The notes under the pieces: generated by a model
What the model was told of the DNA's origin: nothing
The model's database searches: none
The model's input: only the letters and a program-made list of their open reading frames with translations
Shown here: positions 27,451-36,141 of the stretch, piece after piece
Numbering within the stretch: the first letter of the stretch is position 1
Layout of the letters: each line of letters begins with the position of its first letter
From: a virus
Lineage: Duplodnaviria; Caudoviricetes
Length of the DNA: 64,000 nt
Virus record (IMG/VR): IMGVR_UViG_3300002220_003351
Span: 1 to 64,000 of that record
Direction: 5' to 3' (one strand)
Translations under genes and position numbers: made by a program

Positions 27451-29141
27451 AGTGGTAACACCTCCTGAGCCAACAATGGCTGCACCGCATCAATCCTGCG
27501 CTCAGACATGGAACAGTAATCCGGGTTCAGCTCAATCCCGATGTATTTCCTTCCCAACTTCTCCGCTACCACGCCCGTGGTCCCCGCCCCGGAGAATGGG
27601 TCAAGGATGGTATCCCCCGGCTTGCTCCCCGCCTTTATGCAGATTTCCGGTATCTCCGGTGGGAAAGTGGCAAAGTGATCGCAAGTAATGACTTGACAGG
27701 TGCATTTCGCTGTGGTAGAGATGTCACATGGCAAATCCGAATCAACGATTAGGGAAGGTTGTTTCTTGTCAGGTATGTGGCAAGGAATTTTACCGGAAAC
27801 TTTATCACATGAAGCTATCTGAGAAGTGCTTCTGTGGTTTTGCTTGCTATGCAAAATGGCAATCTCTGAACTGTCGGGGTTCAAACAATCCAAACTATCA
27901 GCCGGACGCATGGCGGGAATACGACTGTTTTTGGTGTCAAAAGAAGTTTCGCCGACGGTTTCTTGACCATCAAAGGAATGTGTCTCGAACAGGCCGGGCG
28001 TTCTGCTCCCGTCTATGCTGGCAGGAATACGCCCATTATGCCCTTCAAAAGATTTCATATCATTGGAGTTCAAAGGCATGGAATCGCTCTCGTTTGAAGG
28101 TTCTGAAACGAGACAATTATCTTTGTCAGGATTGCGGATCAAATCAGGACTTGATTGCCCATCATCTAATCCCATTCGCAACTTTGCTCGGTTCTCCAGA
28201 TGCCCATGAACTGGACAATCTTTTGACAGTTTGTAGGGCTTGCCATCGCCGCCGACATAATCAGACATCATCTTAGCCCCATTGAAGGGCTTTGTGGTTA
28301 TCGTCCAGACGGAACGGCGGTTACGGGTGTTGAGTGGTTCGGCCTGCATGCTCTGGCCGCCTGGAATTGATGATCGGTGGCGGCTTTCAATGTCTGATCG
28401 TAACTCTTTCCGGTCCGGCCCGACGTTCGGATGGTTCAGGAGATTCTTCCCGTCGTCAAACTTCGATCCTTTCCGCGAATCAGCCCGCCGCGTGAACCCC
28501 TGCCCATAAGGTGACGCGATACTCTCTGGGCTGTTGGGGATCCCATAAGCGGCCGGTTCCTTCACCGCCTCCGCATCGTAGTAATACCTTGCCGATTTCG
28601 TCAGCAGGAAAATGTATTCATGCGCCTTCGTGCATCTGTCCGTCACGCTCTCCGGCATGGGGTTCGGCTTCGCCCAAATGATGTCCTGCCTTAACCACCA
28701 ACCGTCCGCTTGAAGGGCGAAGGCGACACGCCACGGGATGCCTACGAGGTCTTTGGGCTTGAGGTCACCGCAGTCTTTTTGTGAACCGTTGTTGCCGATG
28801 TCACGCTTTGCCTTGGCTGTTCCAGCCCATAGTCCAGACTTCTGTGGTGAATGCCGCTTGTATGGCTTGCCTCTGGCTGAACCAACTCCCAACGAGTACG
28901 AGTCCCCCAAATTCAGCCACAGCACCCCGTCATCCCGCAGCACCCGGCGAACCTCTCGGAACACCGCAACCAGATTCGCAACGTATTCCTCCGGCGTCTT
29001 CTCCAAACCCAACTGACCAGCAACACCGTAATCCCGCAACCCCCAATACGGAGGCGAAGTCACGCAGCATTGAATCGTGTTCGCCCCCATACTTTTTAGC
29101 ACCTCCTGACAATCCCCTGTAATTATCACCACACCTTCCAT
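27447..29141 (-). CDS. DNA N4-C/N6-A methyltransferase (beta class) with a 199-aa in-frame insertion
   Basis: ITGDC, CCVTSPPYWGLRDYG (motif IV), QDIIWAKPNPMPESVTDRCTKAHEYIFLL, RSVWTI, HFATFPP, DPFSGAGTTG (motif I); start set at ATG 29141. Confidence 0.9.
   Translation of the reverse strand: MEGVVIITGDCQEVLKSMGANTIQCCVTSPPYWGLRDYGVAGQLGLEKTPEEYVANLVAVFREVRRVLRDDGVLWLNLGDSYSLGVGSARGKPYKRHSPQKSGLWAGTAKAKRDIGNNGSQKDCGDLKPKDLVGIPWRVAFALQADGWWLRQDIIWAKPNPMPESVTDRCTKAHEYIFLLTKSARYYYDAEAVKEPAAYGIPNSPESIASPYGQGFTRRADSRKGSKFDDGKNLLNHPNVGPDRKELRSDIESRHRSSIPGGQSMQAEPLNTRNRRSVWTITTKPFNGAKMMSDYVGGDGKPYKLSKDCPVHGHLENRAKLRMGLDDGQSSPDLIRNPDKDNCLVSEPSNESDSMPLNSNDMKSFEGHNGRIPASIDGSRTPGLFETHSFDGQETVGETSFDTKNSRIPAMRPADSLDCLNPDSSEIAILHSKQNHRSTSQIASCDKVSGKIPCHIPDKKQPSLIVDSDLPCDISTTAKCTCQVITCDHFATFPPEIPEICIKAGSKPGDTILDPFSGAGTTGVVAEKLGRKYIGIELNPDYCSMSERRIDAVQPLLAQEVLPL
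27678..28274. mobile_element. Dual-coding insertion in the methyltransferase carrying an antisense HNH gene
   Basis: Separates KPFNGA from HFATFPP, which are normally adjacent; 597 nt, no stop in the MTase frame; AT-richer than flanks. Confidence 0.8.
27693..27721 (+). promoter_or_regulatory. Candidate sigma70 promoter for the antisense HNH
   Basis: TTGACA 27693-27698, 17 bp, TG-extended TAGAGA 27716-27721 (partial -10), 7 nt before ATG 27728. Confidence 0.4.
27728..28276 (+). CDS. HNH endonuclease with zinc-ribbon repeats, antisense within the MTase
   Basis: CQVCGKEF, FCGFAC, GSNNPNY, CFWCQKKF, VLKRDNYLCQDCG..AHH..NLLTVCRACH. Confidence 0.88.
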   Translation: MANPNQRLGKVVSCQVCGKEFYRKLYHMKLSEKCFCGFACYAKWQSLNCRGSNNPNYQPDAWREYDCFWCQKKFRRRFLDHQRNVSRTGRAFCSRLCWQEYAHYALQKISYHWSSKAWNRSRLKVLKRDNYLCQDCGSNQDLIAHHLIPFATLLGSPDAHELDNLLTVCRACHRRRHNQTSS

Positions 29142-29899
29142 GGGGCTTTTCCCTCCTTCCATAACGACTGCAATCCGTCCAGGTCCTTTAATGTGTCGAG
29201 GCATCCCCAAAAGCCCTTGTGCTCATAGACCATCAATTCCCCCTTGTTGGCGAGAAGCTCCATGGGGCCGACCTCAAGGTCGCACCACTCATCCTCGCAG
29301 AGGTAATCGAAGATCCCTTGGGTGAACACAAAGAACCCCCCGTTTATCAGATCCCCTCCGAGGGGCTTCTCGGAGAACGAGATCACCTTCCCCCCGTCCC
29401 GGTGGATCTCCCCGAACCTCGGGGCCGGATGGATCCCGGTGACCGTGGCGATCTTCTTGTGGGACAGGTGGAACTCAAGCAACTCCTTCAGGTTGATGTC
29501 GGAGATCCCGTCCCCGTAGGTGCAGAAGAAGTTATCGCCTGTGACGTGCTTCTGGACCCTCTTGAGCCTCCCCCCTTTGAGGGTGGCCTCCCCGGTGTCT
29601 ATCATCGAGACCCTCCAGGGGTCTATGTTCGAGTCCAGATACTCCGTTATGGGGACGCTTCCAATATAGAACCTGATGACATCCCGGTTGATGTAATCGA
29701 AGTTGTTGAAGTAGCTCTTAATGATCTCCTGCTTGTACCCGAGGGCCAGGACAAAGCTGTTGAACCCATAATGGGAGTAGATCTTCATGATGTGGTAGAG
29801 CATGGGCTTCCCCCCGATGGGGATCATCGGTTTGGGGATAAATTCGCTCATTTCTCTCAATCGAGTTCCGCTTCCACCGCATAGTATGACTGTTTTCAT
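29126..29899 (-). CDS. rfbF: Glucose-1-phosphate cytidylyltransferase
   Basis: VILCGGSGTRL..PKPMIPIGGKP, ALGYK, TYGDG, INGGFFVF, GFWGCLDT, APWKVW. Confidence 0.93.
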   Translation of the reverse strand: MKTVILCGGSGTRLREMSEFIPKPMIPIGGKPMLYHIMKIYSHYGFNSFVLALGYKQEIIKSYFNNFDYINRDVIRFYIGSVPITEYLDSNIDPWRVSMIDTGEATLKGGRLKRVQKHVTGDNFFCTYGDGISDINLKELLEFHLSHKKIATVTGIHPAPRFGEIHRDGGKVISFSEKPLGGDLINGGFFVFTQGIFDYLCEDEWCDLEVGPMELLANKGELMVYEHKGFWGCLDTLKDLDGLQSLWKEGKAPWKVW

Positions 29900-30621
29900 T
29901 CAGTCCTCCTAATAAGCCACCCTCCCTCAGCAGAGGTCAAAAGGGCCTGGGCCTCGATCTCCTGGTCGGCCTCGAACCCCGGGTTACCACTTAGAAACTC
30001 CCTCACCGCCGTCATGGGGTTGTTCCCCGGCCCCCACGGCTTGTCCCCGCAGTCCACATTCATGGTCTCGATGGTGGTGTCGAACACCACGATATAGGAC
30101 CCCGCCGGGACGAGCCTCGAATAAAGGTTCAGCTCATTCAGCACATGCTCGTGCGTGTGGGAGGAGTCCAGAACCACGATCACCTTGTCTCCCCCCACAA
30201 GCGCCCTCACCTTTCCGTAAGTCTCCGGGGAGGTGCTGTCCCCCTCTATGAGATGGATCCTGTTCCAGAGGGGGCTTTCCATGAGGGCCTTGCGGTTGTG
30301 GTCCCTGATCTCGATGTCCACCCCTATAACCTGTCCCCACTCGATGCTCTCCATGACGGAGGCGTAGAACAGGAGGGATCCCCCGAATGCCACCCCGGTC
30401 TCGATGACGAAGTCCGGCTCGATCCTGCAAATGAGTTCCTGCATGGCGAACATGTCTGTGGGGAGCTGGAGGATGGGCTGGCCCATCCAGGTCCAGTTCT
30501 TGACATACTCGGTTTCGATTATAGCCTCGTAGAGCTTCTTTTTCCGATACTGGATGAACGTCGGAGAATCACCACTCAGCCTCTTTGTTCTTTCCTGGAG
30601 ATACTCTTCTATCGGATTCAT
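29896..30621 (-). CDS. CmcI-like (cephalosporin hydroxylase / rhamnosyl O-methyltransferase family) protein
   Basis: WMGQPILQLP.D, IETGVAFGGS, VLDSSHTHEHV, YIVVFDT, GNNPMTAV. Confidence 0.88.
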   Translation of the reverse strand: MNPIEEYLQERTKRLSGDSPTFIQYRKKKLYEAIIETEYVKNWTWMGQPILQLPTDMFAMQELICRIEPDFVIETGVAFGGSLLFYASVMESIEWGQVIGVDIEIRDHNRKALMESPLWNRIHLIEGDSTSPETYGKVRALVGGDKVIVVLDSSHTHEHVLNELNLYSRLVPAGSYIVVFDTTIETMNVDCGDKPWGPGNNPMTAVREFLSGNPGFEADQEIEAQALLTSAEGGWLIRRTE

Positions 30622-32074
30622 ACATTTTCCTTTCGCAAAGGGAGAGGTAGTCTTGAGCCCACTTGTGGCCCTGAGATCGCTTCAGGACCTCCTTAAAACA
30701 CTTCGCCGCTGTTTCGTAATCCCCGATCTTCATCCGGTAGTTGTTGTGGAAATTGAGCTCGATGTTCATGTTGTAGATCTTGTCGAACACCTCCCCGGGG
30801 TCGATGCCGGGGACCTTGATGAAGTAGCTCTCCCTGTCCGAGTAGGACCCGATCACCCTTTCCCCAATACCTGTCTTCTCGATGTAGCCCTTGTCGATGC
30901 ACTCGTCATAGAGGGGGCTCCCTCTGAAGGGGACGACGGGGTTGAAGAAGCACCAGTCGAACCCGACATCGTTGATGAACAGGGACGTTTCCCTCCGGTG
31001 GGCGTCTGTCTCCCCGGGCATCCCCATGACGAAGAACCCGATGACGAAGATCCCGTTGTTCCGGAGGGCCTCGACGGCTGGTTTCACGCAGGCGAGGTTT
31101 ATGGGCTTCCTCATTAACTTGTGAAGGACGTAGTCGGACCCGTTCTCCACCGCCAGGTAAATGGTGTCCATCCCGGCCTGCTTCATGAGCCCAGCCATCT
31201 CCTCGTCGATAAAGGTCACCGACAACCCGTTGGGGCACTCGATCCTAAGCTTGTAAGGGGCGAGTTTTCTAAAGAGTTCCTTGGCCCTCCCCATCCGTAT
31301 TAAAAGCTGGTCGTCGTAAATTGTCAACGTATCCATCCCGTATTCTTTAACCATCCTGTCAACATGGGCGATGATCCTGTCCACGGAGGCGAACCTCATC
31401 TTCTGCCCGTGGATCTTTGCGTTAGCGCAGTAGGTGCACTCAAACGGACACCCCCTTGAGGTAACAAGGAAGAACTTGCTCCGGCGCTCGTCAGAGAACG
31501 GGGAGAAGGCCTCCTTCATCTTGTACCCATTGATGTCCACCAGCCCATAGTCCAGATCCACAACCTGGTCGAGGTCCTCAAGGTAGGAGATGGTTGGGGG
31601 ATCGAGTTTGCCCTTTGTGACCCACGCAGGGTCCGAGAAGTTCCCGTGGGTGAGCAGGGACCTCATGGGAACCTCCCCCTCGGAGTAGCAGATCGCATCC
31701 AATAGGGGCTGGTCCTTCAGGATCTCCTTATAGGAGTAGGAGGCGGCGGCCCCGCCAAGAATCCGGATCGCATTGGGATCGACGCTCCACGACAGATCCA
31801 GCAACTGGTTAAGGAGCGGGTAGGAGTTGTCGAACATCATCGTGAACCCGATAATGTCCGGGCGGTACTCCCGGATATAAAGCTCCAATGTAATATCGGG
31901 GCAGTCGCGGTAGAAATTCAGGTCCAGTATCCTGAAGTCCGCGAGCCCCTTGTTGTAGGTGGCGATACTCAAGGCCCCATACGGGAAGGCGGCGTAGCTG
32001 TGAACCCTCGTTTCCGTTGACGGCCTCTCCACCACATACGGGAGGACTACAAAAAGAACCTTCTTTTTGGCCAT
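30569..32074 (-). CDS. B12-binding radical SAM protein
   Basis: FPYGALSIATY, IIGFT, LGGAAAS, TSRGCPFECTYC, IECPNGL, LAVENG. Confidence 0.9.
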   Translation of the reverse strand: MAKKKVLFVVLPYVVERPSTETRVHSYAAFPYGALSIATYNKGLADFRILDLNFYRDCPDITLELYIREYRPDIIGFTMMFDNSYPLLNQLLDLSWSVDPNAIRILGGAAASYSYKEILKDQPLLDAICYSEGEVPMRSLLTHGNFSDPAWVTKGKLDPPTISYLEDLDQVVDLDYGLVDINGYKMKEAFSPFSDERRSKFFLVTSRGCPFECTYCANAKIHGQKMRFASVDRIIAHVDRMVKEYGMDTLTIYDDQLLIRMGRAKELFRKLAPYKLRIECPNGLSVTFIDEEMAGLMKQAGMDTIYLAVENGSDYVLHKLMRKPINLACVKPAVEALRNNGIFVIGFFVMGMPGETDAHRRETSLFINDVGFDWCFFNPVVPFRGSPLYDECIDKGYIEKTGIGERVIGSYSDRESYFIKVPGIDPGEVFDKIYNMNIELNFHNNYRMKIGDYETAAKCFKEVLKRSQGHKWAQDYLSLCERKMYESDRRVSPGKNKEAEW

Positions 32075-33015
32075 CTCTCAAGGACCTCCTCTGCCCTCGA
32101 ATCAAGATCGTCCTGCTGAAGGGTGATGACATCCGGGATCTTGCACCCGTTGCAGGCGTCGTAAAGTATCTGCCGGTTCCGCAGTTTCTTGAGCATCATC
32201 ACGAGGAACTTATTCATCTCCTCGCTCTCCCACGCCTTCCTGATCGTGGTCTCCCTGACGTTCCCCAAATAAAGGGGGTCGTAATAGGAGCAGCAGGGCA
32301 AAATATCCCCCGAAGCCGTTATGTTGAGGTTATAGAACGGGTGGGGGCAGACAAGGACAGGGGGGTGGGGTTGCCGGAACTTGTTCTCCTCGTTTTCCCC
32401 CTCCTCGAAAATCGGGCAGATCTTCTCGACGTACATCCTGTCGCTGATGTTCTTGAAGATGGAGTAGAACTTCTCCTCGTCCCCCCCGACGGTCTTGACG
32501 TAGACCTCGCACCCCCTCTTGTTCTTGTACAGATAGGAGATGTTGCTCACGAACTTCCTGAAGTCCAGACTGACCCCCGAGACCTTCTTGTAGCCCTCTG
32601 CATTAAGGGCTTGTACGGAGATCTTGATGGCATCCACCCTCGCCCCCACAAGGAGGCCGGACACGAAAGGGCTCAAGAGGGAGCCGTTGGTCACCAGGGA
32701 AATCCTCTCGGCCACCTTCATCTTCTTCATGAAGGCGATCATCAGGGGGAGGTCCTTGTTCATGAGCGGCTCCCCCCACCCGGCTATGGTGATCTGCTTG
32801 ATGGGGCTCGTGAAGTCCTGGAGCTGGTCGCAGATCATGAAAAAGGTGTCCCAGTCCATCATCGGCCCGATCTTGTGCTTGGACTTGATGCAGTACCCGC
32901 ACCGGAAGTTGCAGACCTCGGACGGGGTGATCTGGATGGCCAGCGGCTGCACCAATGGGACCGTGTCCGCGAGGATCGTCCTGTTGTCGTCGTAGCTCGG
33001 CTTGATTTCGGACAT
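32047..33015 (-). CDS. Radical SAM protein with SPASM/twitch domain
   Basis: VCNFRCGYC, GWGEPLM, VTNGSLL, CPHPFYNLNITASGDILPCC..CNGC. Confidence 0.9.
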   Translation of the reverse strand: MSEIKPSYDDNRTILADTVPLVQPLAIQITPSEVCNFRCGYCIKSKHKIGPMMDWDTFFMICDQLQDFTSPIKQITIAGWGEPLMNKDLPLMIAFMKKMKVAERISLVTNGSLLSPFVSGLLVGARVDAIKISVQALNAEGYKKVSGVSLDFRKFVSNISYLYKNKRGCEVYVKTVGGDEEKFYSIFKNISDRMYVEKICPIFEEGENEENKFRQPHPPVLVCPHPFYNLNITASGDILPCCSYYDPLYLGNVRETTIRKAWESEEMNKFLVMMLKKLRNRQILYDACNGCKIPDVITLQQDDLDSRAEEVLERWPKRRFFL

Positions 33016-33023
33016 CTCACCCC

Positions 33024-33254
33024 CTAATTAAAGTCGTACCCGGTTCCATTGCATCTCGGACATTTCTTCCCCTTCCGGATCTTCCAGAGGTGATCCATCC
33101 TCCTGATGAAGCACCTGGTCCACTTCTGGGCGTACCTGTTTCTGTCGTCCTCTGAGCCGTCCCCGGAATAGACGGCCCCGTGGAGCTTGTTCGCGTACTT
33201 CTCGGCGGCGGGGATCAGCCTGTTCCTTTCGGTTTCGTATTCGAGGTTTGTCAT
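33024..33254 (-). CDS. Small hypothetical protein with C-terminal CPRCNGTG
   Basis: 76 aa, operon-embedded. Confidence 0.55.
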   Translation of the reverse strand: MTNLEYETERNRLIPAAEKYANKLHGAVYSGDGSEDDRNRYAQKWTRCFIRRMDHLWKIRKGKKCPRCNGTGYDFN

Positions 33255-34252
33255 ATTGCGTCCCTCTCCTTCTTCGGGGAATCCATCATTTCCTCAAATG
33301 TGGTGCTCCAAGCCTGGATCATGTAGTCCAACGAATAGAGCTTCGCCGCCCGCTCCCTCGCCCTTGCCCCCATTTTGAGCCTCACCTCCTTGTGGGCGGC
33401 AAGATACTGGACCCTGTGGACATATTCCTTTTCGTTCCGGGCAATGAACCCGTCCCACCCATCGGAGACAATGTACCTTTCGGGCAAGTTGTCCATCACC
33501 ACCGGGGGGATCCCCGCCGCCATGGCCTCCCCCAGGACCTGTTCGCAGGTCCCGTAGTGGTCGTGCCTCAACGGGTACCCGAAGATATCCATGCCTTCAA
33601 GGTAGGGGGCGACATCATCCACCTTCCCGGTAAAAGTGATGGACCCGTTGAAAAACGAATCCGGCTGGTTGGCGATATTGTTCTCCCCGACAACCGTAAA
33701 GTGGATATCGGGGACTGCCGACGCGATCTCATGGACCATCGAGACAAATTCCCCATGGAGCTTTTTCCAGTCGACTGTACCCACATACCCCACATTGATC
33801 CCCTCATGGGGTTTGTTGACGATCTTCAGGAACCTATCCACCCCTCCCGTGGACCAGATCATCTGGTATTTCCCCCCACCGACCACAGGTGAGGTCACCA
33901 CGAAGCGATCGGCGTAAGACGGCTCACTACCCAGGGGGAAGTTTTTGTGAGCCCACAGGGCCAACCTGCTGGCCGGGAGGGGCCTCTTAAGGAAGGCTTG
34001 GAGCATCGGATGGTCCCATAAATGGATTACCACGACATCCGACCCCTCGATGAGCTGGTCGACGGTGTCGAGGCTGCGGATCATCTCCCACCCCAGGCCG
34101 ATCTTGTTCTTTACCAGAAAAGAGCCGACCTTCTCGTTCAGGGTGTCCAGGGAGAGCACCGTATGGGTGTTCCCCTTGTCTCCCCCGACCCACCCCATCA
34201 CGACCGTCCCGACTCCTCCCCCGTAGTGGGGACTGATGTGAAGGACTTTCAT
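33251..34252 (-). CDS. Glycosyltransferase (GT4-like)
   Basis: VLHISPHYGGGV, NVGYVG, FTGKVDDV, DIFGYP, EQVLGEAMAAGIPPV. Confidence 0.85.
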   Translation of the reverse strand: MKVLHISPHYGGGVGTVVMGWVGGDKGNTHTVLSLDTLNEKVGSFLVKNKIGLGWEMIRSLDTVDQLIEGSDVVVIHLWDHPMLQAFLKRPLPASRLALWAHKNFPLGSEPSYADRFVVTSPVVGGGKYQMIWSTGGVDRFLKIVNKPHEGINVGYVGTVDWKKLHGEFVSMVHEIASAVPDIHFTVVGENNIANQPDSFFNGSITFTGKVDDVAPYLEGMDIFGYPLRHDHYGTCEQVLGEAMAAGIPPVVMDNLPERYIVSDGWDGFIARNEKEYVHRVQYLAAHKEVRLKMGARARERAAKLYSLDYMIQAWSTTFEEMMDSPKKERDAI

Positions 34253-34452
34253 ATAATCCCCCTTTCCCTCTGGTGGACCCTCCGGGCCTTCTCCCGATCA
34301 CCCTGATGGGGCTTGTACTTGTTCCGGCTCAAAGCCCTCAGTCCGGGCCTGTCCCTGAACAGACGACGATACCAGGGCAGTTTAAGTTCCTGCGTATTGC
34401 TGAATATCGTCGCCAACAACGCTCTTCCTAACGGAACCTGTTCCTGTTTCAT
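34249..34452 (-). CDS. Small hypothetical protein
   Basis: 67 aa, ATGA overlap, GGAGG-like RBS. Confidence 0.5.
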   Translation of the reverse strand: MKQEQVPLGRALLATIFSNTQELKLPWYRRLFRDRPGLRALSRNKYKPHQGDREKARRVHQRERGII

Positions 34453-35048
34453 AATTTTTCCTCCGGTATCCCTGTTATATAGGCCCCTTGACCCATAGGA
34501 ATGTTTAGGACGGCCCCCTCCCCATAATACTTAATTGCAGCCCTGTCATAAGCGGCGGCGGCAGACAAAATATCCCGGTAGGAGCCGCAATGAATTTTTT
34601 GTTTTTGATACTTTATTTGCGCTTGAAATGTTTTGTCTCTTTTGTTGAAGAATACTCCCCTGAACCCGGATTTGTTGTGGCTTTGAAGTTTGCAATTATG
34701 CCCATTAAGAGAACGGGACGCCACCCGGAGATTGCCCTTCCTATTGTCCAGGCCATTGCGGTTCTTGTGGTCTATAATCTTGCCGTCGCCTTTGGTTAAT
34801 TTCATAATCTCCCTGTGCAATGATGTTCTTGGCTCTCCTGCATATTCATGTCGAGCAGCATAAAAAATATCCTTTGGCCTGAACACATGCCATTTATACC
34901 TCGACAACCACTCATAGTCCTCCGCATCAACGACGGCCACCTTTCCTTGCGTCAGCGGTATCACTTTCGCGGCTCCGGTCCCAATAAGGGCTATGACATC
35001 GGGGGCAAACTCGGACATCTGGCTTTCGGGGATTCCATTCATAATCAC
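34449..35048 (-). CDS. HNH endonuclease with AP2 domain (true start probably about 34965)
   Basis: IPLTQGKVAVVD.EDY, IDHKNRNGLDNRKGNLR, SGFRGV..F.AQI..CGSY..AAAAYD.AA..YYG. Confidence 0.88.
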   Translation of the reverse strand: MIMNGIPESQMSEFAPDVIALIGTGAAKVIPLTQGKVAVVDAEDYEWLSRYKWHVFRPKDIFYAARHEYAGEPRTSLHREIMKLTKGDGKIIDHKNRNGLDNRKGNLRVASRSLNGHNCKLQSHNKSGFRGVFFNKRDKTFQAQIKYQKQKIHCGSYRDILSAAAAYDRAAIKYYGEGAVLNIPMGQGAYITGIPEEKL

Positions 35049-35088
35049 ACCTCCTACACTTTAATTGTTTCTTAATGACAACCTTCAT
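34927..35088 (-). CDS. Small zinc-ribbon protein (53 aa)
   Basis: ATG 35088 after GGAGGG; CRRCDYEW.PR...CPRCHSPYWD. Confidence 0.7.
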   Translation of the reverse strand: MKVVIKKQLKCRRCDYEWNPRKPDVRVCPRCHSPYWDRSRESDTADARKGGRR

Positions 35089-35112
35089 GATCCCTCCTGT
35101 GTGATTATGAAT

Positions 35113-35136
35113 ATATTGCTTGAAATCATTTGTCAA
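35113..35136 (-). promoter_or_regulatory. Candidate internal sigma70 promoter
   Basis: TTGACA (complement of 35131-35136) followed by AT-rich TATATTCATAAT, upstream of the Zn-ribbon gene; exact -10 uncertain. Confidence 0.45.
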
Positions 35137-35914
35137 GTTTTTCTTCAGGCGTCCCATAAAGATATGCGGATTGACCCATGTAAGCCGTGAGCCTGAATGA
35201 CCATCTGTAATTCGGGAGATTGTCCATGAGGGTCTTCTGGATCTTCCAGAGCCCATCTCTACTGTGGTAGCAGGCGCATGCTATGACCGGGCGACACTTC
35301 TTGAACATCCCCATGTTTTGTTCGATTATCTCAAGCTCCTTGCCTTCCGCATGGATGTTGACTTCTTTTGAGTCCGGGTACATCTCGAATCGTTGCCTCG
35401 CCCTGATATCCGCGAGGGTCGAGGGTTGAGGGGGCGTTGCGAGCTCAACGGGAAATGAGTCCTGGTCGTCCCGCAACACCCTCCACCTAAGAAATTGTAT
35501 GTAGCCGAGCCACGCATAAGGACGGGAACTGTCAAGGAGGATGTTGGATACGTCCGCTATCCCGTTTTTGTCCTCGACGTCCAGTTTCCCAGCCAGCCAC
35601 CCATTATGGAGCCCCGTCTTGTCGGCATAGAACTCAAGGATGTCCCACACGGGGACCACATCCGTCCAGCCCTGCTCCTTAAGCTGTTTCTCTATGGGGC
35701 CGTAGGGCTCGGAGGCCACACAGACGGCAACCAGGGAGTTTTCCGGAAGGTCCCATTTTTCGGAGATCCAGGAGCGGACGATCATTTCCTTTCTGTCCAA
35801 TATCCCCCTGATGGGGATCCCCAGCTCCGTGAAGATCTCCTCTGCCAAGTGCCCCAATTTGCCATAGCCGTACAAAATTAAGGGCTTGTTGACTTCCCTC
35901 GGGCCTATTTCCAT
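35126..35914 (-). CDS. FkbM-methyltransferase-like protein, apparently lacking the central SAM-binding segment
   Basis: N-terminal LILYGYGKLG; C-terminal NIHAEG.EL..I....RPVIACACYH..DGLWKI..YRWSFR matches the FkbM C-terminus; no D.GA..G motif. Confidence 0.55.
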   Translation of the reverse strand: MEIGPREVNKPLILYGYGKLGHLAEEIFTELGIPIRGILDRKEMIVRSWISEKWDLPENSLVAVCVASEPYGPIEKQLKEQGWTDVVPVWDILEFYADKTGLHNGWLAGKLDVEDKNGIADVSNILLDSSRPYAWLGYIQFLRWRVLRDDQDSFPVELATPPQPSTLADIRARQRFEMYPDSKEVNIHAEGKELEIIEQNMGMFKKCRPVIACACYHSRDGLWKIQKTLMDNLPNYRWSFRLTAYMGQSAYLYGTPEEKLDK

Positions 35915-36141
35915 TGCTTCACAATCCTTTCCCTGGCGGCGTCCTCGGAGATACTGAGCCAGTGGCAGATCATCGGGAACATCCCCCGTGGTTCCAGGAT
36001 GAACCTTCGTGCGTCGTCCCGATCCCTTGTGGGAAAGGGCTCTTTCGCGTCCTCGATCGCCTTCAGCATCACGGCTGCCCACAAGGCCCCTTCCCCTCCC
36101 CTGTCTACCGCTTTTGATTCCTTGTTCGCGAGTTTAAGCAT
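35905..36141 (-). CDS. Small hypothetical protein
   Basis: 78 aa helical, LWAAVMLKAIEDA. Confidence 0.55.
   Translation of the reverse strand: MLKLANKESKAVDRGGEGALWAAVMLKAIEDAKEPFPTRDRDDARRFILEPRGMFPMICHWLSISEDAARERIVKQWK

Noticed and set aside
27678-28274. MTase insertion as an intein or group I/II intron
   Set aside because: No N-terminal Cys/Ser with Hint blocks and no terminal Asn/Gln before a nucleophile. I found no P7/S or domain V motif on the MTase strand. RT-PCR is still needed to exclude splicing.
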